Assembly (NCBI RefSeq): GCF_016432865.1
Contig: NC_067403.1
Coordinates: forward strand, 183,644,001 to 183,708,000
Origin: Antechinus flavipes
Lineage: Eukaryota
Direction of reading: 5' to 3'
DNA length: 64,000 nt
Below are positions 50,806 through 63,714 of this stretch, in pieces (positions within the stretch are counted from its first letter, which is position 1; the number at the start of each line of letters is the position of its first letter). A program made the translations under genes and the position numbers. Under the pieces are notes generated by a model. That model did not search any database and had not been told where the DNA came from. It was given only the letters and a program-made list of their open reading frames with translations.

Positions 50806-53445
50806 AATGGCCTTCAATGTTGCTTACTTGCTTTGCCTAGCTATGGGAGATGTCTTGTGTCCCAAATGCTTTTCAGCTGTAGAGGGAGCTCCGAGAAACT
50901 TCCTGATTTTTCCAGGGTAAGGATTTCTCCAGCTCTCCCTCAAGACATCCCTTTCTGACAACCAGATTGCCCAGCACCTGCTCCTCAGCACTCCAAGGCC
51001 CAGCTAGCTGAAATCCCAGCCAAGATGGGCTCTCCCTCAGACCATTTTTTCCTCCCTCTCTCTGCAGCTAATTCATGGGGTTGTGCCCCATGAGCGAAGC
51101 CATGAATGTGGAATCAGGATGATTTGAAATCAATAGTTTTTTGTTAATTGCCTGCATGTGTTCTAGGAGTCTCTAGAAAACTCTAGCTTCCATGGTCCCC
51201 TCACCCCCATGTCACAGAGCCCAGGCCTGAGACCCCTGGGAGCTTCCACATCCAGTCCTATCCTGGCCCAGCTCCAGACTGCTGACTGCCCTCTTCAAGC
51301 CTTTCTGGAGATTTGTAAGACAAAGGTAGAAGAGGAAGAAGAAGGAAAAGGAAAAGGAGGGAGTGGAAGAGATAAAAAGGATTATAGCTCAAGAGCTGAA
51401 AGAGTCTTGGGGCCTTATGTGACAGCTAGGAAACTGAGATCTGGAGAGAGAAGGTGTCTTGTCCAACGCCCCACAAGCGAGAGAACCAGCATTTGAACTC
51501 AAGTCTTGTACCTAAGTCCAGGTCTCTTTCAATGGTGCAAAACTGGCAGGGATGGATGGGAGTAGGTAATGCTGTCTCAGGGAATGGAACCTGGGCCCAG
51601 GACAGAGCAGGGGGTTTCTACTTTGTCCAGCCTGGCAGCACCAGCTCTTAGGGCCCTTGGAGAGGGTTCCTCCAGCCCCCCATTTCCCACCATGCACATG
51701 CACACATAAGCCGGGACCTTTTGCTCCCTGCCTGCCCTCTCTCCCCAGGGCCACAACCAGGCCTGGCATTTCCTTGAACTGAGACAAGCACCCAGGGCCC
51801 AGCCCTGCTCCCCTGGCATGCGAGATGGCAGATAGCTGTGTTTGCCCAACTCCACTTAGGTCAGATTACAGCCGGCTGCCAGGTCCCCCGTGTTTTCGAT
51901 GGCAGATAAGCCGAGGATGGGAGGGGGGAGGGTAAGGAAGGGTACACACTTCCAGGGTGTGGAATCCCACTCTCCCAGGAAAGCCTTCCCTCTCATTAAG
52001 GACCCACCAGGAGGTTGGCTTCTCTGCTCCGGACAATCCTGAAAGGGGCATTTAGAGAGCCAGCACACTCCAATGACCATCCCTTTAATCTTCTACCAGG
52101 GGATTACAAGGATGACTGATTGCCCTGCACCCACACTCATCCCTAGGGAGCAGCCCAGGTTAGAGATTAGCCCTGGGGGCTCCCCGGGCCTCCTTAGGAC
52201 TGGGGCAGCTACCCTACTGTTGATTCCACAGAAATCCTCTAGACCCGAGGAGAACAATACAGTTCTGGGAGCCAGGCAGTACAAGTGAAACTACTCCCAT
52301 TTGACAGATGAGGACACTGAGATACAGTTTTCCACTAAATGCTAGTTATTATTATCCATTGTCCCATGAGTCCATGAAAAGCAGGGACTGTGTTTTTTTG
52401 TCTTTGCAACTCCAGGGCTTAGCACAGTGTCTGGCACATAGTAGGCATTTAAAAAATATTTGGTGACTTTCTCATTGCGGTCATTCAGAAAGTTGAGTGT
52501 CCCAGTGGGATTCAAACTGAGGTCTCTTAATCCAAAGTTCATCTACTTTAAACAGTCTCCAGAGGTTCTCTGGGCCTAAGAAATCAGAGATAGTTGGTTG
52601 AGGGAATAAAGGGTCAGATTTGGGGAACTTTAGGGTATGTGTCCCTAAACAAATCACTTAACTTGTGAATGTTCCAGACAGCTGTCTAGGAGGAAGCTAC
52701 ATATGAATTACACATTATCTGCCTCAGAGAATAACCTCCCCATATCAGGTATTGCCCACACTGATGCAATCACAGCTCTGAACCATACCCCCAGCCCACA
52801 AAAATAGACTTCAGTTTTATTTTGTTTCCAAATCTCATCCTGCGCACCCCAAAGCTAATTTAGCAGACCAGGCAACAAACACTGTTAGAGGCAGCTAGAG
52901 AATTTTGCTAAAGCCTTCTGCCTTCCTGGGGCTCCCAGACTGGACTAGTAGAGATAAATAACTACGGCGGAGGACCACAGGGCATGCTAAGGTCCAAAAT
53001 GCTGGGGAAGGGCTGAGTAAGGACAGATCTATGGACCAAAAGCCAGCCTCATCTCACAAGGAAGGAAGGGCAACCTGATTTGGATGCATGCTATTGGTTC
53101 TCCCACCATTACTCATCCCTTTCCAGCCTCCCTTCCTCCCCTCTCCAATCTACTGCTAAACCACTGAGATCTCAACTGTCTCCTTCAAATGCCAGGAGGG
53201 GGGCTTCTTTTTTTTTTTTTTTTTTAAGAACTACTAATAAATCGTTTCCTATGGAGAAAACCATCATCTTTGCAATGTGGTTCTAACAGGGGCTACAAAG
53301 AAACCACACATCTCTTTTCCTACAAGATGAGGCTAATGTTATACTAGAGAGAGTCCTGGGCCACTCAGCCAGGGACAGGGACAGATCAATGACAGAGGAT
53401 AGGCAGAGACAAAGAGATAGGGACATAGAGAGATGAGAGACAGAG

Positions 53446-53593
53446 NNNNNNNNNNNNNNNNNNNNNNNNNNNNNNNNNNNNNNNNNNNNNNNNNNNNNNN
53501 NNNNNNNNNNNNNNNNNNNNNNNNNNNNNNNNNNNNNNNNNNNNNNNNNNNNNNNNNNNNNNNNNNNNNNNNNNNNNNNNNNNNNNNNNNNNN
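53446..53593. other. Assembly gap (148 N), preceded by a GA-rich simple repeat
   Basis: Run of N. Confidence 1.
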
Positions 53594-54225
53594 GATCAAA
53601 AAAAGCTATCAAAAGGGTAAGCAGTCATTGTTATTGTTTTTTATTCATGATAATAATAGCTAACATTTATACAATGCCTACTATGTGCCAGGCACCATGC
53701 ATGCTAAGCACTTTATAAATGCCTAATGGTGCAAAGAGCTTACATTCTGTGGACTTGGAAAAAAGCAGATTCTCTGGGTTCAAACCTCACCTCTGCAAGC
53801 TTTGTATCCTAACACATGTCACTTCCTGGCTCCTGATCTGCGCAAGGGAAGACGGGCTGGATTATGGGACTTCAGGAGTCTCTTCCTATTCCATTAACAT
53901 TATGCTTGATCCAGAAGGCTATTTCAAGGTAGAAATCCTGTAAAGAGCCTCATAAGGAGATAAGTCTATGTAGGACCTGCATCTAGTGGAACAAGAAGAA
54001 TCCAGGGGTTCATCCTTTTACCCAACCCCCAAATCTCAAGGAATGTAAGCTCCCCAAGAACAGGGCCCGGTTCTATTATTTTTATTACTATTACATCTCT
54101 GTCCCCTACAGTAGCAAAGACCCTGAAACAAAGTGATTTGGGCTGCACTTCACAAGGGAGCTCACAATCTTCAGAAAATTTTAAAAAATGGCATCTCCAA
54201 ACTAAAAGCCAATGAGCTTAACTCT

Positions 54226-54472
54226 GTGGTTGTTCAGTCTTTTGAGTCATGTCCAATTCTCTATGATTCCATTTGGCATTTTCTTTGCAAAGATACTGAA
54301 GTGGTTTGCTATTTCCTTTCCCAGCTCATTTTGTAGATGAGCAAAGGGAAGCAATGGGATTAAGAGACTGGTGCAGGGTCACACAGGTAGTAAATGACTG
54401 AGTTTAAATTTGAACTCAGTTCTTTGTAACTCCAGGCCTAGTGCTCTATCCACTGCACCACTTAGCTGCCCC
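54226..54472 (-). mobile_element. MAR1-type SINE
   Basis: gttgttcagtcttttgagtcatgtccaattc...aagatactgaagtggtttgctatttcc...cttagctgcccc. Confidence 0.88.
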
Positions 54473-54906
54473 AGAATAAATTTGGTTCCTAGATACAGTC
54501 TAGAAACTTGTTTTAAAGAACTTGTTAGCCAACACCTACAAAAAGAAATGGCAATCAAAAGGAGCCAGACAAGGCTCTTCATTTCCTTAGGGAGTGGATT
54601 TACTCCACTGGGATATCAAGGTAACACAATATAGTCAGTGAGCCTGAATTTCATTTAAAAAAAAAAAAAAAACTGATAAAATCTTTTCTACTCTAGAGGA
54701 AAAGATGAAAATCTGAGGATTACAAGATTGTGGAGTCAAGTGGATTTTAAACTAGATCAGTAGGGAAAGCCAAAGCAGAGGCATTAATAAATCCATGCTA
54801 ATTTGGAGGAGGACCTCTAGGAGAGTCCCTCAGGGATCTGTGCTTGACCTGTACCATTTCATATTTTGCACTGTGAGCTGGAAAAGGCATAAACAGAATT
54901 CTCAAA

Positions 54907-55179
54907 NNNNNNNNNNNNNNNNNNNNNNNNNNNNNNNNNNNNNNNNNNNNNNNNNNNNNNNNNNNNNNNNNNNNNNNNNNNNNNNNNNNNNNNNNNNNNN
55001 NNNNNNNNNNNNNNNNNNNNNNNNNNNNNNNNNNNNNNNNNNNNNNNNNNNNNNNNNNNNNNNNNNNNNNNNNNNNNNNNNNNNNNNNNNNNNNNNNNNN
55101 NNNNNNNNNNNNNNNNNNNNNNNNNNNNNNNNNNNNNNNNNNNNNNNNNNNNNNNNNNNNNNNNNNNNNNNNNNNNNNN
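54907..55179. other. Assembly gap (273 N)
   Basis: Run of N. Confidence 1.
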
Positions 55180-55289
55180 TATGTGAATAGAGGTAAGCAA
55201 GAAGTGTTAGACTTATTTTAAATAAATAAATAAGCCAAAGCTCCAAGTATAAAAATATGGCAGATGAGCCTAGATTCTAGCTAATCACA

Positions 55290-55545
55290 AAACAACTGAA
55301 ATCAATCAATGTAGTAAAGGATTCATGATGTAAAATGCTATCCACCTCTACTCTGAAGACTGATGGAATTAAGAGTACAGAGAGAAGCAGATTTTTTTTC
55401 CTTTATTTTTTTCTGTAATGTAGCTAATGTAATGTAACTAATGTAGAAATGTTTTGCATGATTGTATATGTGTTATGGGTATAATATTTTTTTGACATCT
55501 AGATGAGTGGAGAAGTGGAAAGAAGAAGATATTATGTAACTAAAA
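55290..55545 (+). mobile_element. L1 3'UTR fragment inserted in L3
   Basis: aaaggattcatgatgtaaaatgctatccacctc...atgtagaaatgttttgcatgatt. Confidence 0.8.
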
Positions 55546-57124
55546 ATTAAAATAGGATCCAAGGGTTTTAATGGACCACAAGTTCCATGAGGCAGTCGTG
55601 TGATATCACAGCCAAAAAAAGCCAATATATCAATGTATAGCTTCCAGGATTAAAAGTCACTCCATGTGAACAGGTGCCTTGGTCAGACTACCAAGGGAAT
55701 CAGATCTGGGTACCACATTTTATGTAAGAGAAAGACAAGCTACCTCTAGTCCAGAAAAGTCAACCACAAAAATAATCAGGGGTTAAAACCACACCAAAGG
55801 AAGATGACCTGAAAGAGATGTTTGTTCTTAGCACAAGAATTTTATTCTTCAAAGTTGGAAGGCTGGATTGAAAAAGAAGGAATGAATTTTTAAGTGGGAG
55901 CCATGGGGGAGAAGAAAAAGGGGCAGATTTCACTTGATGTAAAGGAGACTCTTCCTAACAATGAGAGAGATCCAAAAAAAAAAAAAAAAAAAGAAATAAT
56001 AGTAAAAGAATCTGATACTTCCACAGAGTTTACATGATTAATCTCATTTGAGCCTCAGGACACCCCTGAGAGATAGCTACCAGCAGCATTATTATACCCA
56101 TTTAACAGATGCCAAATTTAGGTATAGAAAAGCAAAATGATTTGTCCAAAATCACAAAGACAATCAGTGGCAGAAGTGGGACCTGAATCCAACTTCTCTG
56201 ACTCTCATGCCCTTTCCATTGCCTCTCTTCAGGATAACGAACACTGAGAGGAAGAGCCAATGTTTGTTGGGAGAGATAGCAAAAAGGCTCCTGAATTACT
56301 TCATCAACTGGGGCTGCCTGTGCCCCCCCCTTGCATTTAGGGAACCCTGGACCTTATCAGCCATGGGAAGTTCTGGTATTCCTGAATGTGACACCTAGGT
56401 GGTCCATAGGACCACCAGACTGGGAATGAGATCATACTCTGAGGCAAATGAAGTCTTCTTAGATTCAGAGAGCAATCACCAGAAGTCTCCCATCTCTGTT
56501 GCCATTTTACCCCTGTCCAGCCCCTTCCATAAGAGACCCAAGGGATTCTATCATGTGCAAAGGAAAACTCACTGGGTTCTGAATTAAGAGGATGGTGACT
56601 AATCTGGGAAGGACCACTGATTTAAAGCTGACCTAGATAGGTCCCTTTCAGCACCTATAGTCATGAAACTCAAGTTGGGCTTTGAAGGGGGTTCATTAAA
56701 CAAAGTTAAAATGGTGCTCATCCACATCTGAAAAACATACTGCAGACATTACTTCCTGCAACAACCCTGTATAATAGGTGCCATAGGGATACAAAAATAG
56801 ATTTTACAACAAGTGAGGAAACTGAGGTACTGAGAGGGTTAGTGGTCCCCAGGATCACAAAGCTAATAAGTGTAAGAAACAGAATGAACCCAGGTCTTCC
56901 TGACACAAACTTCAATATTCTTCTTATCAACTATGTTATGTGGGCAAAGGAATAGCAAAAGCTGCTTCCATCCTGATCATTTTATCTCACCACAAACAGT
57001 TATTTGGCACACCTGGGCAATTAGTCCTTGGAAAATTGAATACAAAGAACAAATATATCAGGATATTGACTCCTCCCACCACTGTTTCCATCTGAACCCC
57101 ACTGAAATAACAAGAATGAGATGA

Positions 57125-57215
57125 TATAGTAGCAGTAAGAATGATGTGGTAGTGGTCATAGTGGTAGTAATAATGGTGGTGGTTAGTTACTACTACTAGT
57201 AGTAGTACTAATATT
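57125..57215. repeat. (TAG/TGG/TAC)n degenerate trinucleotide repeat
   Basis: gtagtggtcatagtggtagtaataatggtggtggttagttactactactagtagtagtacta. Confidence 0.85.
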
Positions 57216-57252
57216 TGTACTAGCACTATTGCTCCATCATGGTAGAGAGGAT

Positions 57253-57500
57253 TTTGTTGTTGAGTTATTTCACTTGTGTCCAGCTCTTCATGACCATTAT
57301 TTGGGATTTTCTTGACAAAGACACTTGGAATGGTTTGCCATTTCCTTCTCCGGCTCATTTTACAGACAAGGAAACTGAGACAAACTTGTGACTTACCCAG
57401 GGTCACCTAGCTAATAAATGTCTGAAACAGGATTTTAACTTAGAAAAATGAGTTTTCCTGACACCAGAACTCTAGTCACTGTACCACCTCTAGCTGCCCC
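57253..57500 (-). mobile_element. MAR1-type SINE
   Basis: ttgttgttgagttatttcacttgtgtccagctcttcatgacc...tggtttgccatttccttctcc...tagctgcccc. Confidence 0.88.
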
Positions 57501-57959
57501 AGATAGAATATGGGTTGGACAAGATGGTAGGAGCCATGACTTTGATCCAAAATATCAGAAAAGAAAAGCAAAACTCTTAACCCCCTCAAAATCATTCTTT
57601 AAAACTCCTTAGAAACCACAATTTTTCTTGCCTGTAAAAAAAAAAGTTTTCTTGGTTAGAAGAGATCAGAGAAGTGGGATGAATAGGGGAGCCTGAACAA
57701 ATTCCAAGCCTGCAGAGAAAGCAGCCAGAGCTGGAGGAACCCGGTGTGGCCCATCCCTCTTGTCTACCCTGGGCTTCTGCTTGATTTGGGGGCTGCAGGG
57801 GAGCTTGGGCGGCTCAGTCTCATTTTCTATCCAACAACCCAAGTCAACTGCTATTTTTAAAAACGTCCTCATGACCTTGGCCTTGGATTTAACAGCATCT
57901 CTGTATTTGGACAGGAGAACTGCATTGTGGGCCACAGTTCATGACGCCATGTCCCAGAA

Positions 57960-58149
57960 CAGGGAGCCTTAACCTTTTCTGTGTCACGATGGCACTCTCT
58001 GCAAGTCTGATGGTTCTTCTGGAACATCTTGTGACACTCATGCCCACAAATGGATGTACTCAAATATATAGTTTTGCCAAGGAAACCAATAATATTGAAA
58101 TCAGTTATTAAAAGTTTTTTAAGTTCTTAGATGCCAGGGTAAGATCCTG
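57960..58149 (+). mobile_element. hAT-Charlie MITE (MER3/MER33-like)
   Basis: cagggagccttaaccttttctgtgtca...aggaaaccaataatattgaaatcagttat...ccagggtaagatcctg, with degenerate TIRs. Confidence 0.75.
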
Positions 58150-59309
58150 GGTTTAAGGCATGAAGGCTCATCTGCATTAGTAAAAGGACTCTCTATACCA
58201 GGAAGTCCTCAAAGTTATGATTCCTGTCTACTTTGAGAGGGGTACAGAATACCAGATATCGTCTCAGAGGAGCCAAATTCAAATCCCTGTACTTATTAAA
58301 TACACCCTATATCTGCCTGAACCTGGAGGCCACATTTAACTTTTCTCTGTGGTCATCAGTTTCCTCATTTGTAAAATGTAAAACTGAGAGGTCCCAGACT
58401 CCCCTCTGAGATATATCAGGGCTCTTTTAAACCTAAATCCTAAATGGAGACTAGGGTTTGGATGCTCTGAGTGACTTACTATGTGATTTTAGAGTAAGCC
58501 ACTTAAACTCTCTCTAAGCGTGTTACTTCATTTATAAAATGTGAGGCTGTTGGAAGGACAGCTCTCTTAAGGATCCCCCCACTGATTCATCCTCCCTGAC
58601 ACAAAACTGGGAAGGAGGATGAAGACAGAGTCACTTCTGCTCACTTTCAATGCTCTGTGAGTCACAACTCCAGAAACAAGCACCCATAACTCTTAAATTC
58701 ACCACCCCACCAAGCCACTCCATCCAGGACTTTGTGCTTAAGGGGACAAGGCTGAGAGCCTTTCTCTTACTAAAAGAGCCAGGTTTTGGACTTAGTACTA
58801 TCTCATTTGTTTAATGAGTTAAAAAACAACAATATTTAGAGGGCCTGAGACAAGGGTGGGGGAAGAGTTCCTCTGAATTCTTTGAAATCATGACAGCATC
58901 CTCCCAACATCTGCCCTGTGAGGTAGGTGGACACTATACTATTCTCATCTCAGAGAAGGGAAGGTTTCAGAACTAGGAAGGGATGCAAACCTAGGGCTCC
59001 AGGCCCCAAGTGAAGCCCGTATTTGCAACATCCTGCTTCCCGGGCAAAGCTACATGATGGGATGGCACAGGGCTGGGAAAGTAGCCAAGAGGTGATTTAT
59101 AAAGATAGGATCGTGTATGTTTGTGACATCCATACAATCACATAGAGATAGACAAGGTGAGACTAACAGAGAAAGAGAACATTGGGCCAGTCACTTCCCT
59201 TCTCTGGGGCCTCAGTTTCTTAAGTCTGTACAATTTCAATGGCCCAAAATCTATTATCTCTGACTAGGTGAGTTTAATGATTCCTTTCACCTCTGAAATC
59301 ATTATCCTA

Positions 59310-60030
59310 TGAAATGTTGTAAATGAACAAACCAAAAAAATTGACAAAGATGAATTTATAAATAATCAGGTAAAGAAAAGTTAGTCAAAATCCAATCTCA
59401 GACACTTAACACTTCCTAGCTTTGTGACCCTAGGCAAGTCACTTAATCCCAATTGCCTCAGGAGGAAAAAAAAACAAGTTAGTCAAAAATCCCCAATGCT
59501 GGAGGATACATTGTTGGTGGAACTGTAAATTGGTACAACCATTCTGGAAAGCCACTTGGAATTATGCAAACCAAGCAGCTGAAATATTCAGATTCTTTGA
59601 CCTAGAGATTATTCCTCCAGGAAGTATGTATCCATACCAAGAAGAGAGTCTCCAGATATATCCAAATATTTACAAGAGCACTTTTTTTGGAGCAGCAAAG
59701 GCCGGGACACAGAAATCTACATCCGTTGACTGGGGAATGGCTAAACAAACTATGGTACAGGAAAATAGCAGGCTGTTGTTACTGGTCTGTATGTGTGATG
59801 AGATTGATGAGCACTGAGAATTCTGGTAAGTCTATAGGAGCTGATGAAAAGGGAAGCAGAAGATACCAGGAAATCAATACACACCTTGACTGCATAATAA
59901 TGTGAACAGAAAGAAACAATCTTGGTACAAGGAAAAAGATCGCTGCCAATTAGAAAGAACAAGGCTCCATATATGTGTGTATTATATATACCCACACATG
60001 AAAGATAGCAACAAAAATACTTCTTAAAGT
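59310..60030 (+). mobile_element. Old L1 ORF2 C-terminus
   Basis: ctggaggatacattgttggtggaactgtaaattggtacaaccattctggaaagc...ggggaatggctaaacaaactatgg. Confidence 0.85.
59391..59475 (+). mobile_element. 5'-truncated WSINE1 nested in L1, 13-bp TSD
   Basis: TSD aagttagtcaaaa at 59378-59390 and 59476-59488; only the SINE 3' half is present. Confidence 0.88.
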
Positions 60031-60779
60031 TGAAATGACTTTCCCATTGAATCCATGCATGTCACATAAGACACTATACTAGGTGTCAGGGCACTGATCC
60101 CTTCATTTTCCTTTAAAATGCTGTCTCTCATCTAGTCACAGTTCTCTTTGTGCCCCTAAAGGTGATAAAGCTTGCCCCTTCCTCCCAACTCCCCCAAGAA
60201 TACACTTCCCCAATTAAATGAAGAGTACCAGAGACCAGTCTCCCATCCCCAGCACTAGAGTAAGGAGAGGGCAGTAATTGCTAAGAACAGAGGACGTGCT
60301 GGCCCCCCAAATGAATGACACAATTATAACATACCAAAGCAGAATTGGGCTTTCTTCTCTGAAATTTTTGTATCTTCTGCTAAACTGGGGTAAAACAAGC
60401 CCAGAAAGAAGCTGGAGAGACCCCAATCCAAAAGAGCCTATTCTAGCCCAGTTAGTTGCTTTGAGTACCCACCAACATCCCCTTTCCAACCAACCAGACA
60501 CAACCAAAGTCTCCAGATTCTAACTTTCCGTACTTTATGGGCACAAACATTACCCCTGAGGTTTCATTCACTACGTCAGAAAATGGGGTCACTAAGCCAT
60601 CCGTAGACATGACCTTATCGGGACACAAAATCTAGCTGGCAATGAACCTTCCTAGGACCTATTTCAGAATCTGTTTCTATATTGTCCATTGTCCTCCCAG
60701 ACACCTCCTACGTATGGAAGTATGACCGTACAGAAAAAAATTCCCAAGGTCTTCTGAACAAAAGAAACTATGGGAGACC

Positions 60780-61030
60780 ATTCAAACAGTTGACATGTCA
60801 ACAACATTAAAAAAGCACCTACTGTGTGTAAGGTCTAATGCCAAGAATACAGGTTCTTATGTCAGGGGGAGAGGGGGGAGAGGTCTGCACACAGATGAAG
60901 AAATGACGCTTGTGCAAGATGGCTAAGTGGGTCAAGTACCAGGGGGACCCTAGAGATCCTAAGTGGGGTCCTAGAGAGGAATGAAAGCCAGGAGAGGAAT
61001 TCAGGAGAGCTAAGCCTGGTCCAGCTATCC
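60780..61030 (-). mobile_element. L2 3' fragment
   Basis: aacattaaaaaagcacctactgtgtg...caggttcttatgtcagggggag. Confidence 0.55.
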
Positions 61031-61507
61031 TTTGGATGGACATGACAACTGTCTTCCAGTATTTGTATGGCTGTTCTGGGGAGGGTAACAGATTCTACCT
61101 GGCCCCAGAGGGCATAGCCAGGAAACTGAGGCTCTTCCAGGGGCTGCAAGGTGGATAAGACAGCTTAGCCTTGCTTTGTTTGGCACCAAAGGGCAAGAAC
61201 AGGTCCAAGACCCAAAGATGATGATTTAGGACCAAGTTCCCAACAACAAAGAGCTTTTTCCCAGAATGGAACATTTCCCTTCATGGAAGGGGGTGGGGGG
61301 TCCGAAGAAAGGGGGATCTTTAAGTGAAAGCCAGTGGAAACTCGGGTCCCCAGTGATAGGCAAGGGAGTGACTGAGGGCCCAGCCGATCGGAGGAGCCTG
61401 CCTGAGACACTGAGCTGCCTCATTTCAGTCTAGGAGAATTAATGAGTTAATTCTGCTTGGGACGCTGGAAATATGAAGTGCCTGGCCCGCTGTTATCTTC
61501 TCTGCAG

Positions 61508-61525
61508 GGTCCACAGCCTTATATG
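61508..61525 (+). other. Candidate 18-nt microexon (GGTCCACAGCCTTATATG), open in all three frames; host gene unknown
   Basis: Acceptor ctgttatcttctctgcag| and donor ATG|gtgagt; length is a multiple of 3; unique, CpG-enriched context. Confidence 0.45.
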
Positions 61526-62099
61526 GTGAGTGGCCTGGGCCGAGGGCGTCCTTCTGGGAGGGAGGGAAGGAGGGGCTCTGGAGGAGGATTCATTCCACTG
61601 TCCCTGGGGTGGCCCCGATCTGCAGAAAGCGGAGTCATTTTTATTTGGTGTGTGTGTGTGTGTGTGTCTCTCTCTCTGGGGGCTTGTCTTTTTCTAGCTT
61701 CCTTCCCAGCCAGTCCTTTTCCATTCCTCTAACCTCCACACAAGTTTTCTTCCCTAATTATGTTCAAAAGTCAGGGTTTGGGCACACGCTCACAAAGATT
61801 CCATCATCCTTCAGAAAGAAGGAGGCCAGCCTGGGGGCTGAGGCCCCCTCCCCAGGGTCCGCCAGCTGTACCCCCATCATGGGCAGGGCTAGGTCTCCTG
61901 GGATCTTTTGGCCCTGATCCATGCAGGCCCATTAAGCTAAGCCCAAAAGATAACAAGGCAGTTTTGTCCTAATGAGTGCGATTTAATGGGGACCATCACA
62001 ATACAGACCACAGACTCAGGAAATTCATAGCTCGATGGAAAATGTGCTCAGCTTGTATACCAAGCACACTGACCATTCACCGATAATGATCAAAAATCC

Positions 62100-63125
62100 C
62101 CAAATCAGCAGGAAGATCTGGGGTCAAATATGGCCATGACCATCTATGAGACCATGGGCAAGTCATTCAGTTTTCAAGCCTCAGTTTCCCCATCTGTAAA
62201 ACAAATGTTGAACTCAGTGGCCTAAGGTCTTAAGTTAATGATCATATGAGATCTCTGGGCCCTTATTACACATTAACTCATTTGATTCTCACAACAATCA
62301 AGTAGGAAGGTAGGCAGTATTATTAGCCCCATTTTACAGAAAAGGAACAAAGTAAAGAGAGCGGTCCATTCACTTGTCGTCCAGGGTCGTATGGCTATTA
62401 CATGACATCTAAAGACCCTTCAATTGCTGACCCTATGGCTTCACCAGGACCAAAGACATGGGCAGTAGCCCCGCTCTATCAGCCGAGGGGCCCAGGATCA
62501 AGAGACCCCCCAAGGACTCTCAGCCAGCTCCACCTAATGGGATTCCATGCTTAGAACCCAAAATAAGCCTTTTTCATATGTCCCAGGAGCCACTCCGAGA
62601 AGCTCAAGGAACAAAGGGACAGGAGAGAAGGTGCTGGGATAGCTTCTTGGGAAAGGAAGGGCTTGGCTACATGGAGGAATCAATGTAGCAACATGTAGTT
62701 ACACCTTCCCTAAGCCTGAGAGGGAATTCATGGATGGGGCATCGAGCAAGAAATTATAACTGCAAACAGTATGGAGGCAGCCCATGGGGATCTCTGCCAA
62801 TACAATGGGTGAAGGTAGCTCGGGTCATTCTGGGACAGCCTCCTGGCCATTCAGGAGATGAGCTCAGGAGATGTCAAGGGCCAAAAAACTCGTGGCCAAC
62901 CAAGCCAGGGTCTCTCTGAGCTCAGTCAGGCTGGTCCAGGGTGGCAGAGGGAAATATTGCCCACCTAAGATTCAAGTTCAAACCTGGTCTCAGTTTCTCA
63001 TTAGCTGCGTGGCCCTGGATTAGTAACATAAACATTCCAAGCCTCAGTTTCCCCTTCTGAAAAATGAGAAGAATGATAGCTTGCAGGATTGTTGTCTGGA
63101 TCATATAAGATGACATGGAAAGACT
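62100..63125. mobile_element. MIR-family fragments (62100-62250, 62250-62440, 62940-63125)
   Basis: gcctcagtttccccatctgtaaaa; cccattttacagaaaagg; caagcctcagtttccccttctgaaaaatgag. Confidence 0.75.
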
Positions 63126-63714
63126 ACTCATATTACCAGTTTTGAAAAGTCATCAAGACTTGGGCACAAATAAATACATTTTCTTTTGCTTCCATTTTCA
63201 TCCCCTACAAGGAAGGAAAATCCAAAGAGAAAGTTACTGTAATTTTGATTTCACTTGCTAACTGCCTCTGTATTTTCAAATGCCAATATAATTTGTGTGA
63301 AGGAAAGATTATCCAGTCTCAGGACATGGCCCATTTCTTAGAAAAACCAAGAACAATTCCAGTAAAAGAAAAGGAGGATCATGGAGTTTGTTATAAGAGG
63401 ATATGGCCTTAATTCTCTATGCTGAAAACCTGCTTCCTCTCCCCATAGTGAGAGTTTTGCTAATTCACAGAACTACTGGTCATTACTAGCCAATGAATAC
63501 ATATAGAAGCTCACATTTTCAGACTGGAAAAAGCAGCCAAAGATTGCCACCCCTGACACGGGAGGGAAGAGATGTGTAGTGGGTTATTTCTAGAGCACAG
63601 TTGGAATTCTTTAAAAACTCTACGAGGCAAGCAGTTCAAGAATCCTGATCTTCATTTTACAGACAGGGAGACTGAGCCTCAGAGAAATCAAAGAACAGAG
63701 ACTGAAAAGGAAAA

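Larger units (their letters stand above)
54690..55975 (+). mobile_element. L3/CR1 RT-to-3' relic, interrupted by a gap and an L1 fragment
   Basis: WRRTSRRVPQGSVLDLYHF resembles CR1 RT motif B (SGVPQGSVLGP). Further L3 motifs at 55555-55975 (atggaccacaagttccatga...tgtgatatcacagccaaaaaaagccaat). Confidence 0.85.

Noticed and set aside
19050-55246. ORFs spanning N runs (19050-19346, 53283-53663, 54795-55246)
   Set aside because: Artefacts of translating through assembly gaps.
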